From: Thermodesulfobacteriota bacterium
Lineage (GTDB): Bacteria; Desulfobacterota_D; UBA1144
Reading direction: 5' to 3'
Assembly (NCBI GenBank): GCA_029246845.1
Contig: JAQWMJ010000006.1
Location: 22,221-86,220 of the forward strand
DNA length: 64,000 bases
The notes under the pieces are model-generated. The model saw only the letters and a list, made by a program, of their open reading frames with translations, did not search any database and was not told the DNA's origin. Shown piece after piece: positions 31,126-39,838 of this stretch (position 1 is the stretch's first letter; each line of letters begins with the position of its first letter). A program made the position numbers and the translations under genes.

Positions 31126-32487
31126 TTATTTATCCCAAGGATGCTTCTTCTCGGGTTTTTGACTATATGGATTCTCTTTATCTGGATGGAAATACTTAAA
31201 AGTATTAACATGTTGATCAGTATAAGAACCTGGAGGATAATATTTATCATAAAAATCCAAATCCATATTCTGAGCCTGGAAAACTAACCTCATATACATT
31301 GGGTCGACATAAGCTGGAAAAGATCCATAAGTGTCATGAATATAGTCAGCAACAGACTTAACAATCTCATTTGTTGTATCAGTAGGCCTTGGTGCTTTAA
31401 CTAAGTGTTTGTCTGGCTCTTCATATGGAAAAGGTTTCTTGGAGTCCCAAGCGGCCCATTTATGTTCATCCATTTTATCATATGCATCAGACATTGTTTT
31501 ATAATATGGAGGGCAGTAGCCTTCAAAAATTCCATCTTTACCAACAGGTCTAGTCGGACCAGACTTTGGTTGTTCAAACCTAAAACCTAATCCTTTAAAA
31601 AGTTCAGGATTTGATCCTAGCGTGAACCTAGGTATGAGACCAGTAAATGTCCAACCACCTAACCCAAGAGCTTGAAGAGCTAGAGACATGTTCTGGCAAA
31701 TAAATGCTTGTTCAACATTAAGACCAGTCAGTATTCTAACTTCAAGATCATATAATGACATTTTGACTTCTTCTTTTATTCTTCCAGAAGCAATCCATTT
31801 GTCTTGACCACATGAGCGATTATTTTTTTCATCCCAAATATTAAATGCATAAGTACTACTGCAATAAAGTGTCAATAAATTTAAATACTCCTCAGTTATA
31901 TCAGTAACAGGGATAAACGTTGTAGTACCAGCCTTGTTTGTATTCCATTGGTTAAAGTCAAAAAGACCAGGCATCTTGTCTGGCAAGTTGGCCCTACCGT
32001 CCTCAAGCTTAACAAGCCCTTCTCGATACAATTCTAACAACCTGTCAATTTTATCATTTACATTAAGTCTAAAAAAGACATCAAGTTCTTTATCTTTAGG
32101 TAACATGTTTTTAACATCTACATAATAAAGACCGGAGTCATTAGTGAAAAAAAGCTCTGTACCGTGGTTATTACATGCAGAAGGCCATGTTCTGCCTGTC
32201 CATTGACATAATAAATCAATTCCATTCTCAGGTGGTAAATCTGCAAGGCATAGTCCGGTTAAACCGGTACCTGCCCAAACCAACATAGCTTCTTGAAATT
32301 CAGTTAAAGGAACAGGGTCTATTTTTGACTTATACCCCAGAGAGCTATCTGAAGGGAGCTCCATTCCTAGACCAAACCTACGAGACCTTCTATTAAAAAT
32401 AGCTTCAAACAAAGGGTACTTTAAAGCAGCTTCGTAATTAACCTTTCCATTTCCCTTTCCATTTCCATTTTCATTTTTTTTTGTCAT
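31126..32487 (-). CDS. large (453-aa) nitroreductase-superfamily flavoprotein of unknown function; N-terminal NG/KG repeat and long C-terminal W/Y/P-rich extension
   Basis: Nitroreductase-fold motifs RRSRRFG (res 33-39), WPSACNNHGTELFF (PS..N...E, NfsB/SagB-like) and ALQALGLGGW; the size is about twice a standard nitroreductase; last gene of the rhodanese-sufU string. Confidence 0.5.
   Translation of the reverse strand: MTKKNENGNGKGNGKVNYEAALKYPLFEAIFNRRSRRFGLGMELPSDSSLGYKSKIDPVPLTEFQEAMLVWAGTGLTGLCLADLPPENGIDLLCQWTGRTWPSACNNHGTELFFTNDSGLYYVDVKNMLPKDKELDVFFRLNVNDKIDRLLELYREGLVKLEDGRANLPDKMPGLFDFNQWNTNKAGTTTFIPVTDITEEYLNLLTLYCSSTYAFNIWDEKNNRSCGQDKWIASGRIKEEVKMSLYDLEVRILTGLNVEQAFICQNMSLALQALGLGGWTFTGLIPRFTLGSNPELFKGLGFRFEQPKSGPTRPVGKDGIFEGYCPPYYKTMSDAYDKMDEHKWAAWDSKKPFPYEEPDKHLVKAPRPTDTTNEIVKSVADYIHDTYGSFPAYVDPMYMRLVFQAQNMDLDFYDKYYPPGSYTDQHVNTFKYFHPDKENPYSQKPEKKHPWDK
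32443..32482 (-). repeat. simple-sequence tract at the 5' end of the nitroreductase-like gene: A9 homopolymer (codons 2-5) followed by ~5 imperfect GGAAAT/GGAAAG hexamer repeats
   Basis: Plus strand 32443-32482 ctttccatttccctttccatttccattttcattttttttt; on the coding strand ATG ACA AAA AAA AAT GAA AAT GGA AAT GGA AAG GGA AAT GGA AAG. Confidence 0.7.
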
Positions 32488-32551
32488 AGTTTTACCTCAC
32501 TTTTGCAACTAAGTTTAGTATAAATTATATATATGAATTACAAAAAAGTAA

Positions 32552-32980
32552 TTAGGTTAGAGCTTGTTTTTTAATTTCTTCTTTCTCAAGTTCTTTTATA
32601 GCTAACTTTACAGTAGATATACCCAAAGTAGAGCATTTTGGCCTGGAAAGTGCTAGTTCCTCACCAATAATATCAGTAATAATCTCAGGTCCCATAGATA
32701 AAATCTCTTCTTTTGATTTCCCTATTACAACTTCGGAAATAATTGATGTTCCAGCTTGACTAACAATACAACCTTCACCTTCAAATTTAAAATCTGTAAT
32801 CACATTATCTTCAAACTGAAGACAAACAGTCACTATATCGCCACAACCTGGGTTTCCACCATTTTGTTTAATATCACAACGATGCTTACTTTTATCTTCA
32901 TCACTAAGAGAACCCGAGTTTCTCGGATTCTCATAATGATCTAAAATAAAGTCCATTAGTTCTTGTTTATCTTTTGTCAA
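32552..32980 (-). CDS. sufU: SufU/IscU-like (NifU N-terminal domain) sulfur-acceptor/Fe-S scaffold protein
   Basis: ILDHYENPRN, NPGCGD, GEGCIVSQAGTSI motifs with three conserved Cys; the track start is a TTG with a GAGAGG SD 7 nt upstream; an alternative ATG lies at 32956. Confidence 0.75.
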   Translation of the reverse strand: MTKDKQELMDFILDHYENPRNSGSLSDEDKSKHRCDIKQNGGNPGCGDIVTVCLQFEDNVITDFKFEGEGCIVSQAGTSIISEVVIGKSKEEILSMGPEIITDIIGEELALSRPKCSTLGISTVKLAIKELEKEEIKKQALT

Positions 32981-32991
32981 ACCAAACCTCT

Positions 32992-33834
32992 CTATTTCTC
33001 AATAGGCGCTTGAACAAGATTTCCCCATTCAGTCCAGGATCCATCATAGTTTTTAACACTATTGTATCCAAGGAGATAAGTAAGAACAAACCAAGTGTGA
33101 GAAGACCTCTCACCTATTCTGCAATAAGCAATAACATCGTCTTCTGGCTTTAAACCAGCACCGTTTTGATATATTTCAAGCAACTCGTCTGCAGATTTAA
33201 ATGTTCCATCTTCATTTGCTGCAGTTGCCCAAGGGACACTTTTAGCGTTAGGAATATGTCCACCTCTAAGTGCACCTTCTTGAGGATATGCTTCCATGTG
33301 AAGCATCTCACCGCTAAATTCTTTAGGTGATCGAACGTCAATCAAGGCCCCCAAAGAAGCGCTATGTTCTTTAACCTCTTCCCTAAATGCTCTAATGCCA
33401 AGATTAACATCAGCAACTTTATAATTTGTATTTTCTAAAGAAGGGACATCTTTGGAAAGCGGCTTCTTCTCTTCAATCCACTTTTGTCTTCCCCCGTTCA
33501 TTATAATACATTTCTCATGGCCATAAATTTTGAATGTCCAAAATGCGTAGCATGCCCACCAGTTGCTCTTATCTCCATAAAAAACAATCGTATCTTCGGG
33601 TGAAATTCCCTTTGAAGAAAGCAGTTTTTCAAAATTATCTTTGTCTATGTAGTCTCTTATAAGATTATCTTGAAGCTCTGTCTCCCAGTCTATTTTTATT
33701 GCTCCTTCAATATGACCTATGTCATATAAAAGAATATCTTCGTTAGATTCAAGTATCTTAATTCCTGGTTTATCCTTATTCTCTAAGACCCAGTCAGTTG
33801 AAACTAACAATTCCGGATTTTTATATTCTGCCAT
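32992..33834 (-). CDS. two-domain rhodanese (thiosulfate/3-mercaptopyruvate sulfurtransferase)
   Basis: 280 aa; tandem rhodanese domains; active-site loop [11 protein letters not shown]; GGAGG RBS 6 nt upstream of the ATG at 33834. Confidence 0.82.
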   Translation of the reverse strand: MAEYKNPELLVSTDWVLENKDKPGIKILESNEDILLYDIGHIEGAIKIDWETELQDNLIRDYIDKDNFEKLLSSKGISPEDTIVFYGDKSNWWACYAFWTFKIYGHEKCIIMNGGRQKWIEEKKPLSKDVPSLENTNYKVADVNLGIRAFREEVKEHSASLGALIDVRSPKEFSGEMLHMEAYPQEGALRGGHIPNAKSVPWATAANEDGTFKSADELLEIYQNGAGLKPEDDVIAYCRIGERSSHTWFVLTYLLGYNSVKNYDGSWTEWGNLVQAPIEK

Positions 33835-33913
33835 TTTACTCCTCCATCTGGCCTTATTAATAAAGCCAGAATTAAATTAAATTTTAAATTTATAACTAAC
33901 CAATACTACTTGT

Positions 33914-33951
33914 AGTTACAACAACATAAGTTTGAAAAGTTACAACAACAT
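33914..33951. repeat. perfect 14-bp direct repeat AGTTACAACAACAT x2 (10-bp spacer) in the rhodanese / small-ORF divergent intergenic region
   Basis: Copies at 33914-33927 and 33938-33951, about 80-117 bp upstream of the rhodanese ATG. Confidence 0.7.
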
Positions 33952-34031
33952 GTATCTACTTCACTAACAAGCGATACAAACAATGTTTTAACCATAACAA
34001 ACTCCTAAACTTTTTGTAACTCAAAGAGGAA

Positions 34032-34049
34032 AGATACCGAACGGTATCT
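34032..34049. promoter_or_regulatory. inverted repeat AGATACCG-AA-CGGTATCT (perfect 8-bp arms), candidate operator
   Basis: Located in the 346-bp intergenic region; the 2-nt spacer is too tight for an RNA hairpin loop, which favours a dimeric protein binding site. Confidence 0.4.
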
Positions 34050-34180
34050 TCACCCTATTTAGCAATTATTTAATGTCGCTGCAATTAGAGTTAAATGACG
34101 ACATATAGATTATAGCACTGAAATAAAATAAAAATCAATATTATATTTAAATAAGTAATTCATTAGGTTATTATTTTTAC

Positions 34181-34429
34181 ATGAGTGAAGTTGAAGAAAA
34201 AACAGTCGATCCTGAATCTAAGGATATTTCGGCGTCTAAAGAAGAGGCTGATGTTCAAGCGACTCCAGAAGAACTAGAGGAAGAAGTGCACGTAGTTCCA
34301 CCTTACCCTGAAAGAGTTCCTAACGCTGAGAAAGGTGCCGATCACGCACACGCTTATGTGATGTTAAAAATATTGTTTCTCTTGGTAGTTTTTTCTTTAG
34401 TAATAGCAAAATTCACCTCACCTTTTTAG
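34181..34429 (+). CDS. small acidic protein with C-terminal transmembrane anchor (hypothetical)
   Basis: 82 aa; E/D-rich N-terminus, C-terminal VMLKILFLLVVFSLVIAKF helix; overlaps the 3' end of uvrA (convergent) by 12 nt. Confidence 0.35.
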   Translation: MSEVEEKTVDPESKDISASKEEADVQATPEELEEEVHVVPPYPERVPNAEKGADHAHAYVMLKILFLLVVFSLVIAKFTSPF

Positions 34430-37174
34430 TTGACTAATATGCTTTTTTAAAAATTTTGCTGTTTCTGACTTTTTTGCAAAAGGAAAGTCTTTCTTCAAAC
34501 CTTGAAAAGAAAGATGTCCTCCTGCTGAGCCACCATCGGGTCCAAGATCAATTATGTAATCAGAACCATTAATCACTTCCATATTATGCTCAATAATTAC
34601 TATAGTACTCCCCGAATCTCTAAGCTGATAGATAACCCCAAGAAGTTTATCAATATCTTCATAATGAAGACCTATGGTAGGTTCGTCTAAAATATAAAAG
34701 GTTTTTCCGGTATTTTTTTTAATTAACTCCTTCGAAAGCTTAATTCTTTGAGCTTCACCACCTGACAGAGTGGTTGCATCTTGCCCTAGCTTTAAATAAC
34801 CAAGACCTACGGAATTAATTATATTAATTTTATTTTGTAAAATAGGAAATCCTATAAAGAAGTCGTTTGCCTCAGAAAAAGTCATATTTAAAACATCAGT
34901 AATATTTTTTCCTCTATAGAAGATACTAAGTGTTTCCAGATCAAATCTTTTACCCTCACATGAGTCACATAAAACATTAACATCAGGCAGAAAACTCATT
35001 TCAATTCTTATACTTCCAGCACCTGAACACTCCGAGCAACTTCCTTCCTTTACATTAAAACTAAATCTCCCTGGTGAAAATCCTTTAATTTTAGAATCTG
35101 GTAATGAAGCAAAAACCTCTCTAATGGTCCCAAAGATTCCAGTATAAGTAGCAGGGTTAGACCTTGATGTCCTTCCTATGGGCGACTGATTAATATTAAT
35201 AATTTTATCAAAATTATCCTCACCACTGACACTAGTAAGGAAATCAGGTTTAGTTTTATTTTTAGAATTAATTAGTGATGAAATCACTTCATATATCGTT
35301 TGAACAACCAGTGTACTTTTTCCAGAACCCGAAACTCCAGTGACACAAGTAATCTTACCAACAGGAATATCAACATCAATTGATTTTAAATTATTTAAGA
35401 CTGCACCTTTTATTGATAAATAATTTTTTATTTTGGATTTACTTTCAATGATTTTAACTTTCTTATTTCTAGAAAGGTACTGCCCTGTAAGTGAGGCTTT
35501 GTTCTTCGCTATAGACATTGGAGATCCATCAGCAACAACCAAGCCGCCATTAAATCCGGCACCTGGACCTATATCAATTATATAATCAGCACTTTTTATA
35601 GTTTCCTCATCATGTTCAACTACTACCAAAGTATTTCCTCTATCCTTTAATAATTTTAAAGTATTTAATAGCATTTTATTGTCTCTAGGATGCAATCCAA
35701 TCGTGGGTTCATCTAAAACATAAGTTATACCAGTAAGGTTAGCACCTAACTGAGAAGCAAGCCTTATTCTCTGGGCTTCACCACCCGAAAGAGTTGGCGC
35801 GGTTCTATCAAGGGTTAAATACCCGAGGCTCACGCTTAGAAGAAAGTCCAATCGAGAAATGATTTCATCTTTAATCTTAGCCCAAATTAATTTTGATGTA
35901 CCATTAAATTTAATTTTTTTGAAGAATTTATAACACTCTAAGATAGTTAGATTGCATACCTGTGAGATGTTTTTTTTATTTATAAAAACACTAAGTGCCT
36001 CCTCCCTCAATCTCAAGCCATTACAATTTAGACACTTTTCAATTTTTCTATACTTTGAAAGATTAGTTCTAATTTCTTCCGCACGTGAAGAACTAAACCA
36101 CTTTTCTAAGATTTGGACTACGCCCTCAAAAGTTTCATTGTCGCCATAAAAAATTAGTGATTGGGTATCTGGACCGAGGTCATCAAATGGGGTATTAGGA
36201 TTAATATCATTTTGATTTAAAAAACTATTTATAATTTTTTTATAAAAAGCTGAATCTTTAAATGGTGCTAAGGCTCCTTTTTTTATTGACTTTGAAGGAT
36301 CAGGAACTATTGATTTCAAATCAAACATTTCAAAGTACCCCAACCCTTCGCATTCTAAGCACTGGCCATAAGGGCTATTGTAAGAAAAAAACCTGGGGGA
36401 TATTTCCGGAAATGTAGCACTACAATTCGAACATGCCATATTTCGATTAAAGATTTTTTTTATTTTCTCTGACTCTATAACAACCAAGCCTTCACCGTAC
36501 TGAAGTGCTGTCTTAATTGATTCAAAAATTCTCAATGAGTTCCTTTTATTTACTTTGAGACTATCAATATAAACTTCTATAGTATGTTTTTTTTGTTTTT
36601 CCAAGGTAATTTTTTCATTTAATGAAAATAAGTCACCATCTATTCGAATCTTAGAAAATAATTTTGATGCATCAGAGATTTCTTTTTTAAACTCACCTTT
36701 TTTACCTAGCGCTATTGGATAATAAATTTCTATATTTTTGGTTGCAAAATCACGATTTACTATAGAAACGATAGAATCTAAAGAAGTTGCATCTATCAAA
36801 GATTCACATTCATAACATTTAACTTCTCCAACTCTTGCATATAGCAATCTTAGAAAATCATATATCTCTGTTATTGTTGCCACAGTAGATCTGGGATTTC
36901 TCATGAATGTTTTTTGGTCAACTGAAATTGTTGGTGACAATCCAGAAATGAAATCTAAGTCTGGTTTTTCAAACTTATCTATAAACTGTCTAGCATAATT
37001 TGAAAGTGATTCTAAATATTTTCTTTGGCCTTCTGCAAAAATTGTGTCAAAGGCTAAAGTGGATTTTCCAGATCCGCTCACACCTGTAAGCACTGTTATT
37101 GAACCACGTGGGATCTGTACATCTATATTTTTTAAATTATTCTGCCTAATACCTTTAATAGTTATATTCTTCAC
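34418..37174 (-). CDS. uvrA: excinuclease ABC subunit A
   Basis: 918 aa; two ABC modules (GVSGSGKST x2), zinc-finger Cys clusters. Confidence 0.9.
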   Translation of the reverse strand: MKNITIKGIRQNNLKNIDVQIPRGSITVLTGVSGSGKSTLAFDTIFAEGQRKYLESLSNYARQFIDKFEKPDLDFISGLSPTISVDQKTFMRNPRSTVATITEIYDFLRLLYARVGEVKCYECESLIDATSLDSIVSIVNRDFATKNIEIYYPIALGKKGEFKKEISDASKLFSKIRIDGDLFSLNEKITLEKQKKHTIEVYIDSLKVNKRNSLRIFESIKTALQYGEGLVVIESEKIKKIFNRNMACSNCSATFPEISPRFFSYNSPYGQCLECEGLGYFEMFDLKSIVPDPSKSIKKGALAPFKDSAFYKKIINSFLNQNDINPNTPFDDLGPDTQSLIFYGDNETFEGVVQILEKWFSSSRAEEIRTNLSKYRKIEKCLNCNGLRLREEALSVFINKKNISQVCNLTILECYKFFKKIKFNGTSKLIWAKIKDEIISRLDFLLSVSLGYLTLDRTAPTLSGGEAQRIRLASQLGANLTGITYVLDEPTIGLHPRDNKMLLNTLKLLKDRGNTLVVVEHDEETIKSADYIIDIGPGAGFNGGLVVADGSPMSIAKNKASLTGQYLSRNKKVKIIESKSKIKNYLSIKGAVLNNLKSIDVDIPVGKITCVTGVSGSGKSTLVVQTIYEVISSLINSKNKTKPDFLTSVSGEDNFDKIININQSPIGRTSRSNPATYTGIFGTIREVFASLPDSKIKGFSPGRFSFNVKEGSCSECSGAGSIRIEMSFLPDVNVLCDSCEGKRFDLETLSIFYRGKNITDVLNMTFSEANDFFIGFPILQNKINIINSVGLGYLKLGQDATTLSGGEAQRIKLSKELIKKNTGKTFYILDEPTIGLHYEDIDKLLGVIYQLRDSGSTIVIIEHNMEVINGSDYIIDLGPDGGSAGGHLSFQGLKKDFPFAKKSETAKFLKKHISQLKR

Positions 37175-37199
37175 TTGTATAGCTTAACCAAAAGTATCC

Positions 37200-37874
37200 T
37201 TATTTGTTTTCCGACGTTAGCCATTTAAAGAAATTTAATTCAATATCTTTATTCGAAAGCTCTGGGTGCCACTGTAATCCTAGAATTCTTTTACTTTTGC
37301 TTTCAAATGCCTCTATAATTTTATCTTTTGATTGTGCCACAACAATGAGTGATTTCCCTAAAGTGTCAATTGATTGATGGTGATAGCTATTTACCATGGC
37401 TGTTTTATTCTTAAAAGTCTTATAAAGAATCGAGTCTAAATTGATAAAAATCTTATGCATTATTCCATTGGAGTGGTTGATGGACTGTGGAACACAAGTT
37501 TTTATATCCTGGTGTAGGCTTCCACCTAAGGCAACATTAATTAATTGCATTCCTCCACATATACCTAAAATTTTCTTTTTTAACTTTATTGCACATTCAA
37601 GATATAAGATTTCACTTAGGGTTCTTCTCTTATCTAAGGGATTTATAAGTTTGGATTTTCTTTGACCATAAAAAGACGGGTCTATGTCTCTGCTCCCAGT
37701 AATAATCAAAGAATCTATACATGCTATAATTTTTATAATATTTTTTCTATCTGTTTCCATTGGAAGATAAAAGGGGACTCCACCAGATTCTATCACTTTT
37801 TTGGAATATGCAATTTCAGATTCATAAAATTTACCTTGCACATCGCATGTTATACCGACTATCTTTTTGGTCAT
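37200..37874 (-). CDS. class I glutamine amidotransferase-like protein (gamma-glutamyl hydrolase / peptidase C26 family)
   Basis: 224 aa; ILGICGGMQLINVALGGSL catalytic Cys region, downstream His. Confidence 0.75.
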   Translation of the reverse strand: MTKKIVGITCDVQGKFYESEIAYSKKVIESGGVPFYLPMETDRKNIIKIIACIDSLIITGSRDIDPSFYGQRKSKLINPLDKRRTLSEILYLECAIKLKKKILGICGGMQLINVALGGSLHQDIKTCVPQSINHSNGIMHKIFINLDSILYKTFKNKTAMVNSYHHQSIDTLGKSLIVVAQSKDKIIEAFESKSKRILGLQWHPELSNKDIELNFFKWLTSENK

Positions 37875-37950
37875 AAATACTATTATCTAGTATTTTTAAT
37901 AGTTTTAAAATTCTTTTATTTTTACTATTTTAATATAAGATTTAAAAATC

Positions 37951-39837
37951 ATGAATTTAAATGAATTTGATGTAATTGTTGTTGGAGGAGGTCATGCTGG
38001 CTGTGAAGCTGCATTATCTTCGGCTAGACTTAAAACTAAAACTCTTCTTCTTACCGCTAACCTTGACACAATAGGCATTATGTCTTGTAATCCATCAATA
38101 GGTGGAGTCGGAAAAGGTCATCTAGTTAGAGAAATAGATGCTCTTGGTGGTGAAATGGGCAAAGCTGCAGACTTCTCATCAATACAGTATAGAAGACTAA
38201 ATACTAAGAAAGGTCCTGCTGTTCAGGCAACAAGAGTTCAAGCAGATAGGAATCTATATAGGGTTCACATGAAGCAGGCCATTGAAAACCAAGCAAATTT
38301 ATTTGTTAAACAAAGACTTATACATTCTCTATTAGAGAAGAATGGTGAAATTATTGGGGTGCAAACTTCTTATGGAGAAATATATAGTTGCAAATGTTTA
38401 GTTATTACTCCAGGTACTTTTCCAAATGGATTAATTCATGTTGGAACCGAACAAACAAGTGCTGGGAGAGCTGGGGAAGCCCCAACAACTGAAATTTCCG
38501 ACTCATTTAAAGAACTTGGTTTAAACGTAGCGAGGCTTAAAACTGGGACACCTCCAAGATTAGACGGGAAAACAATTGATTGGTCGAGAACTATCGAACA
38601 GCCTGCGGACGAGAATCCTTTGCTTTTTTCTTTTGAAAATTTAGATGTAAGAAACCCACAACTTCCGTGCCACATAACATATACTAACGCCAAGACACAC
38701 AAGATAATAAAGGATAATCTTCATAGGTCACCAATGTATTCAGGCCAAATTGAGGGCGTAGGTCCGAGATATTGTCCTTCTATCGAGGACAAAATTGTTA
38801 AATTTGCTGACAGAGAAAGACATCAGGTTTTCTTAGAACCGGAAGGGTTAAACACTAAAGAAATATATCCAAATGGAATATCTACAAGTCTACCCATAGA
38901 TGTGCAGATAAAAATTATTAATAGTATAGAAGGCTTAGAGAGTACAGATATAATGAGACCAGGATATGCTGTAGAATATGACTATTGTGACCCTCGAGAT
39001 TTAAGAGCCTCCCTAGAATCCAAAAAAATTAAAAATTTATACATGGCAGGTCAAATAAACGGAACAACAGGCTATGAAGAAGCTGCCGCCCAAGGACTTA
39101 TTGCCGGAATCAATAGCTCCCTCAGAGTTCGTGGAACTGACCCTCTAATTCTGAAAAGATCAGAATCTTATATAGGAATTTTAATAGATGACTTGGTAAC
39201 ACTTGGCGTTGATGAACCTTATAGAATGTTTACCTCGAGAGCAGAACATAGGCTTTTGCTTAGAGATGACAATGCTGACTTTAGGTTAACTCCTATAGGT
39301 TATGAGATTGGATTAATAAAACAGAAAAGGTTTGACTTATTCAATGAAAAGAGGAATTCATTCAATGAGATAATGAAAGAACTGAATAACTCAAAGATTG
39401 TCCCTAACGAAAAGAATAATACTTTTCTTTCAAAGCTAGGGACTCCTTTATTGAAAAAACCTACCTCTTTTAAAGAAATACTCAGAAGGCCTGAAGTTTT
39501 TTATGATAGCTTGATTGAGCTGAATACAGGATTAAATAAAATTGATGACAAAATAGTTCAATCATTAATAGAAAATGAAATTAAATATGAAGGTTATATT
39601 GCTAGACAAAATGCTGGAATTGAGCAGATATCAAAACACCAGGGCATTAAAATTCCATCAAGTTTGAATATTAATGTTATACCGGGCCTATCGAATGAGC
39701 TAAAGTCAAAATTGAATAGAATTCAACCAGAAACTATCGGTCAAGCATCTAGAATCTCAGGGATTACTCCTGCGGCCATCAACATTCTTATGATATATAT
39801 TAAGAAAGACCAATCTATAAACGAAGTAAAAATCTAA
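37951..39837 (+). CDS. mnmG: tRNA uridine 5-carboxymethylaminomethyl modification enzyme
   Basis: 628 aa; FAD-binding VIVVGGGHAGCEAA, GidA family motifs throughout. Confidence 0.9.
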   Translation: MNLNEFDVIVVGGGHAGCEAALSSARLKTKTLLLTANLDTIGIMSCNPSIGGVGKGHLVREIDALGGEMGKAADFSSIQYRRLNTKKGPAVQATRVQADRNLYRVHMKQAIENQANLFVKQRLIHSLLEKNGEIIGVQTSYGEIYSCKCLVITPGTFPNGLIHVGTEQTSAGRAGEAPTTEISDSFKELGLNVARLKTGTPPRLDGKTIDWSRTIEQPADENPLLFSFENLDVRNPQLPCHITYTNAKTHKIIKDNLHRSPMYSGQIEGVGPRYCPSIEDKIVKFADRERHQVFLEPEGLNTKEIYPNGISTSLPIDVQIKIINSIEGLESTDIMRPGYAVEYDYCDPRDLRASLESKKIKNLYMAGQINGTTGYEEAAAQGLIAGINSSLRVRGTDPLILKRSESYIGILIDDLVTLGVDEPYRMFTSRAEHRLLLRDDNADFRLTPIGYEIGLIKQKRFDLFNEKRNSFNEIMKELNNSKIVPNEKNNTFLSKLGTPLLKKPTSFKEILRRPEVFYDSLIELNTGLNKIDDKIVQSLIENEIKYEGYIARQNAGIEQISKHQGIKIPSSLNINVIPGLSNELKSKLNRIQPETIGQASRISGITPAAINILMIYIKKDQSINEVKI

Positions 39838-39838
39838 G

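Noticed and set aside
33835-34180. CRISPR-like array or ncRNA gene such as SRP/6S in the long spacer
   Set aside because: There are only two repeat copies and no regular repeat-spacer periodicity. No SRP domain IV (GGAA...AGCA) or 6S-like features were recognisable. It is kept as a regulatory-region finding instead.
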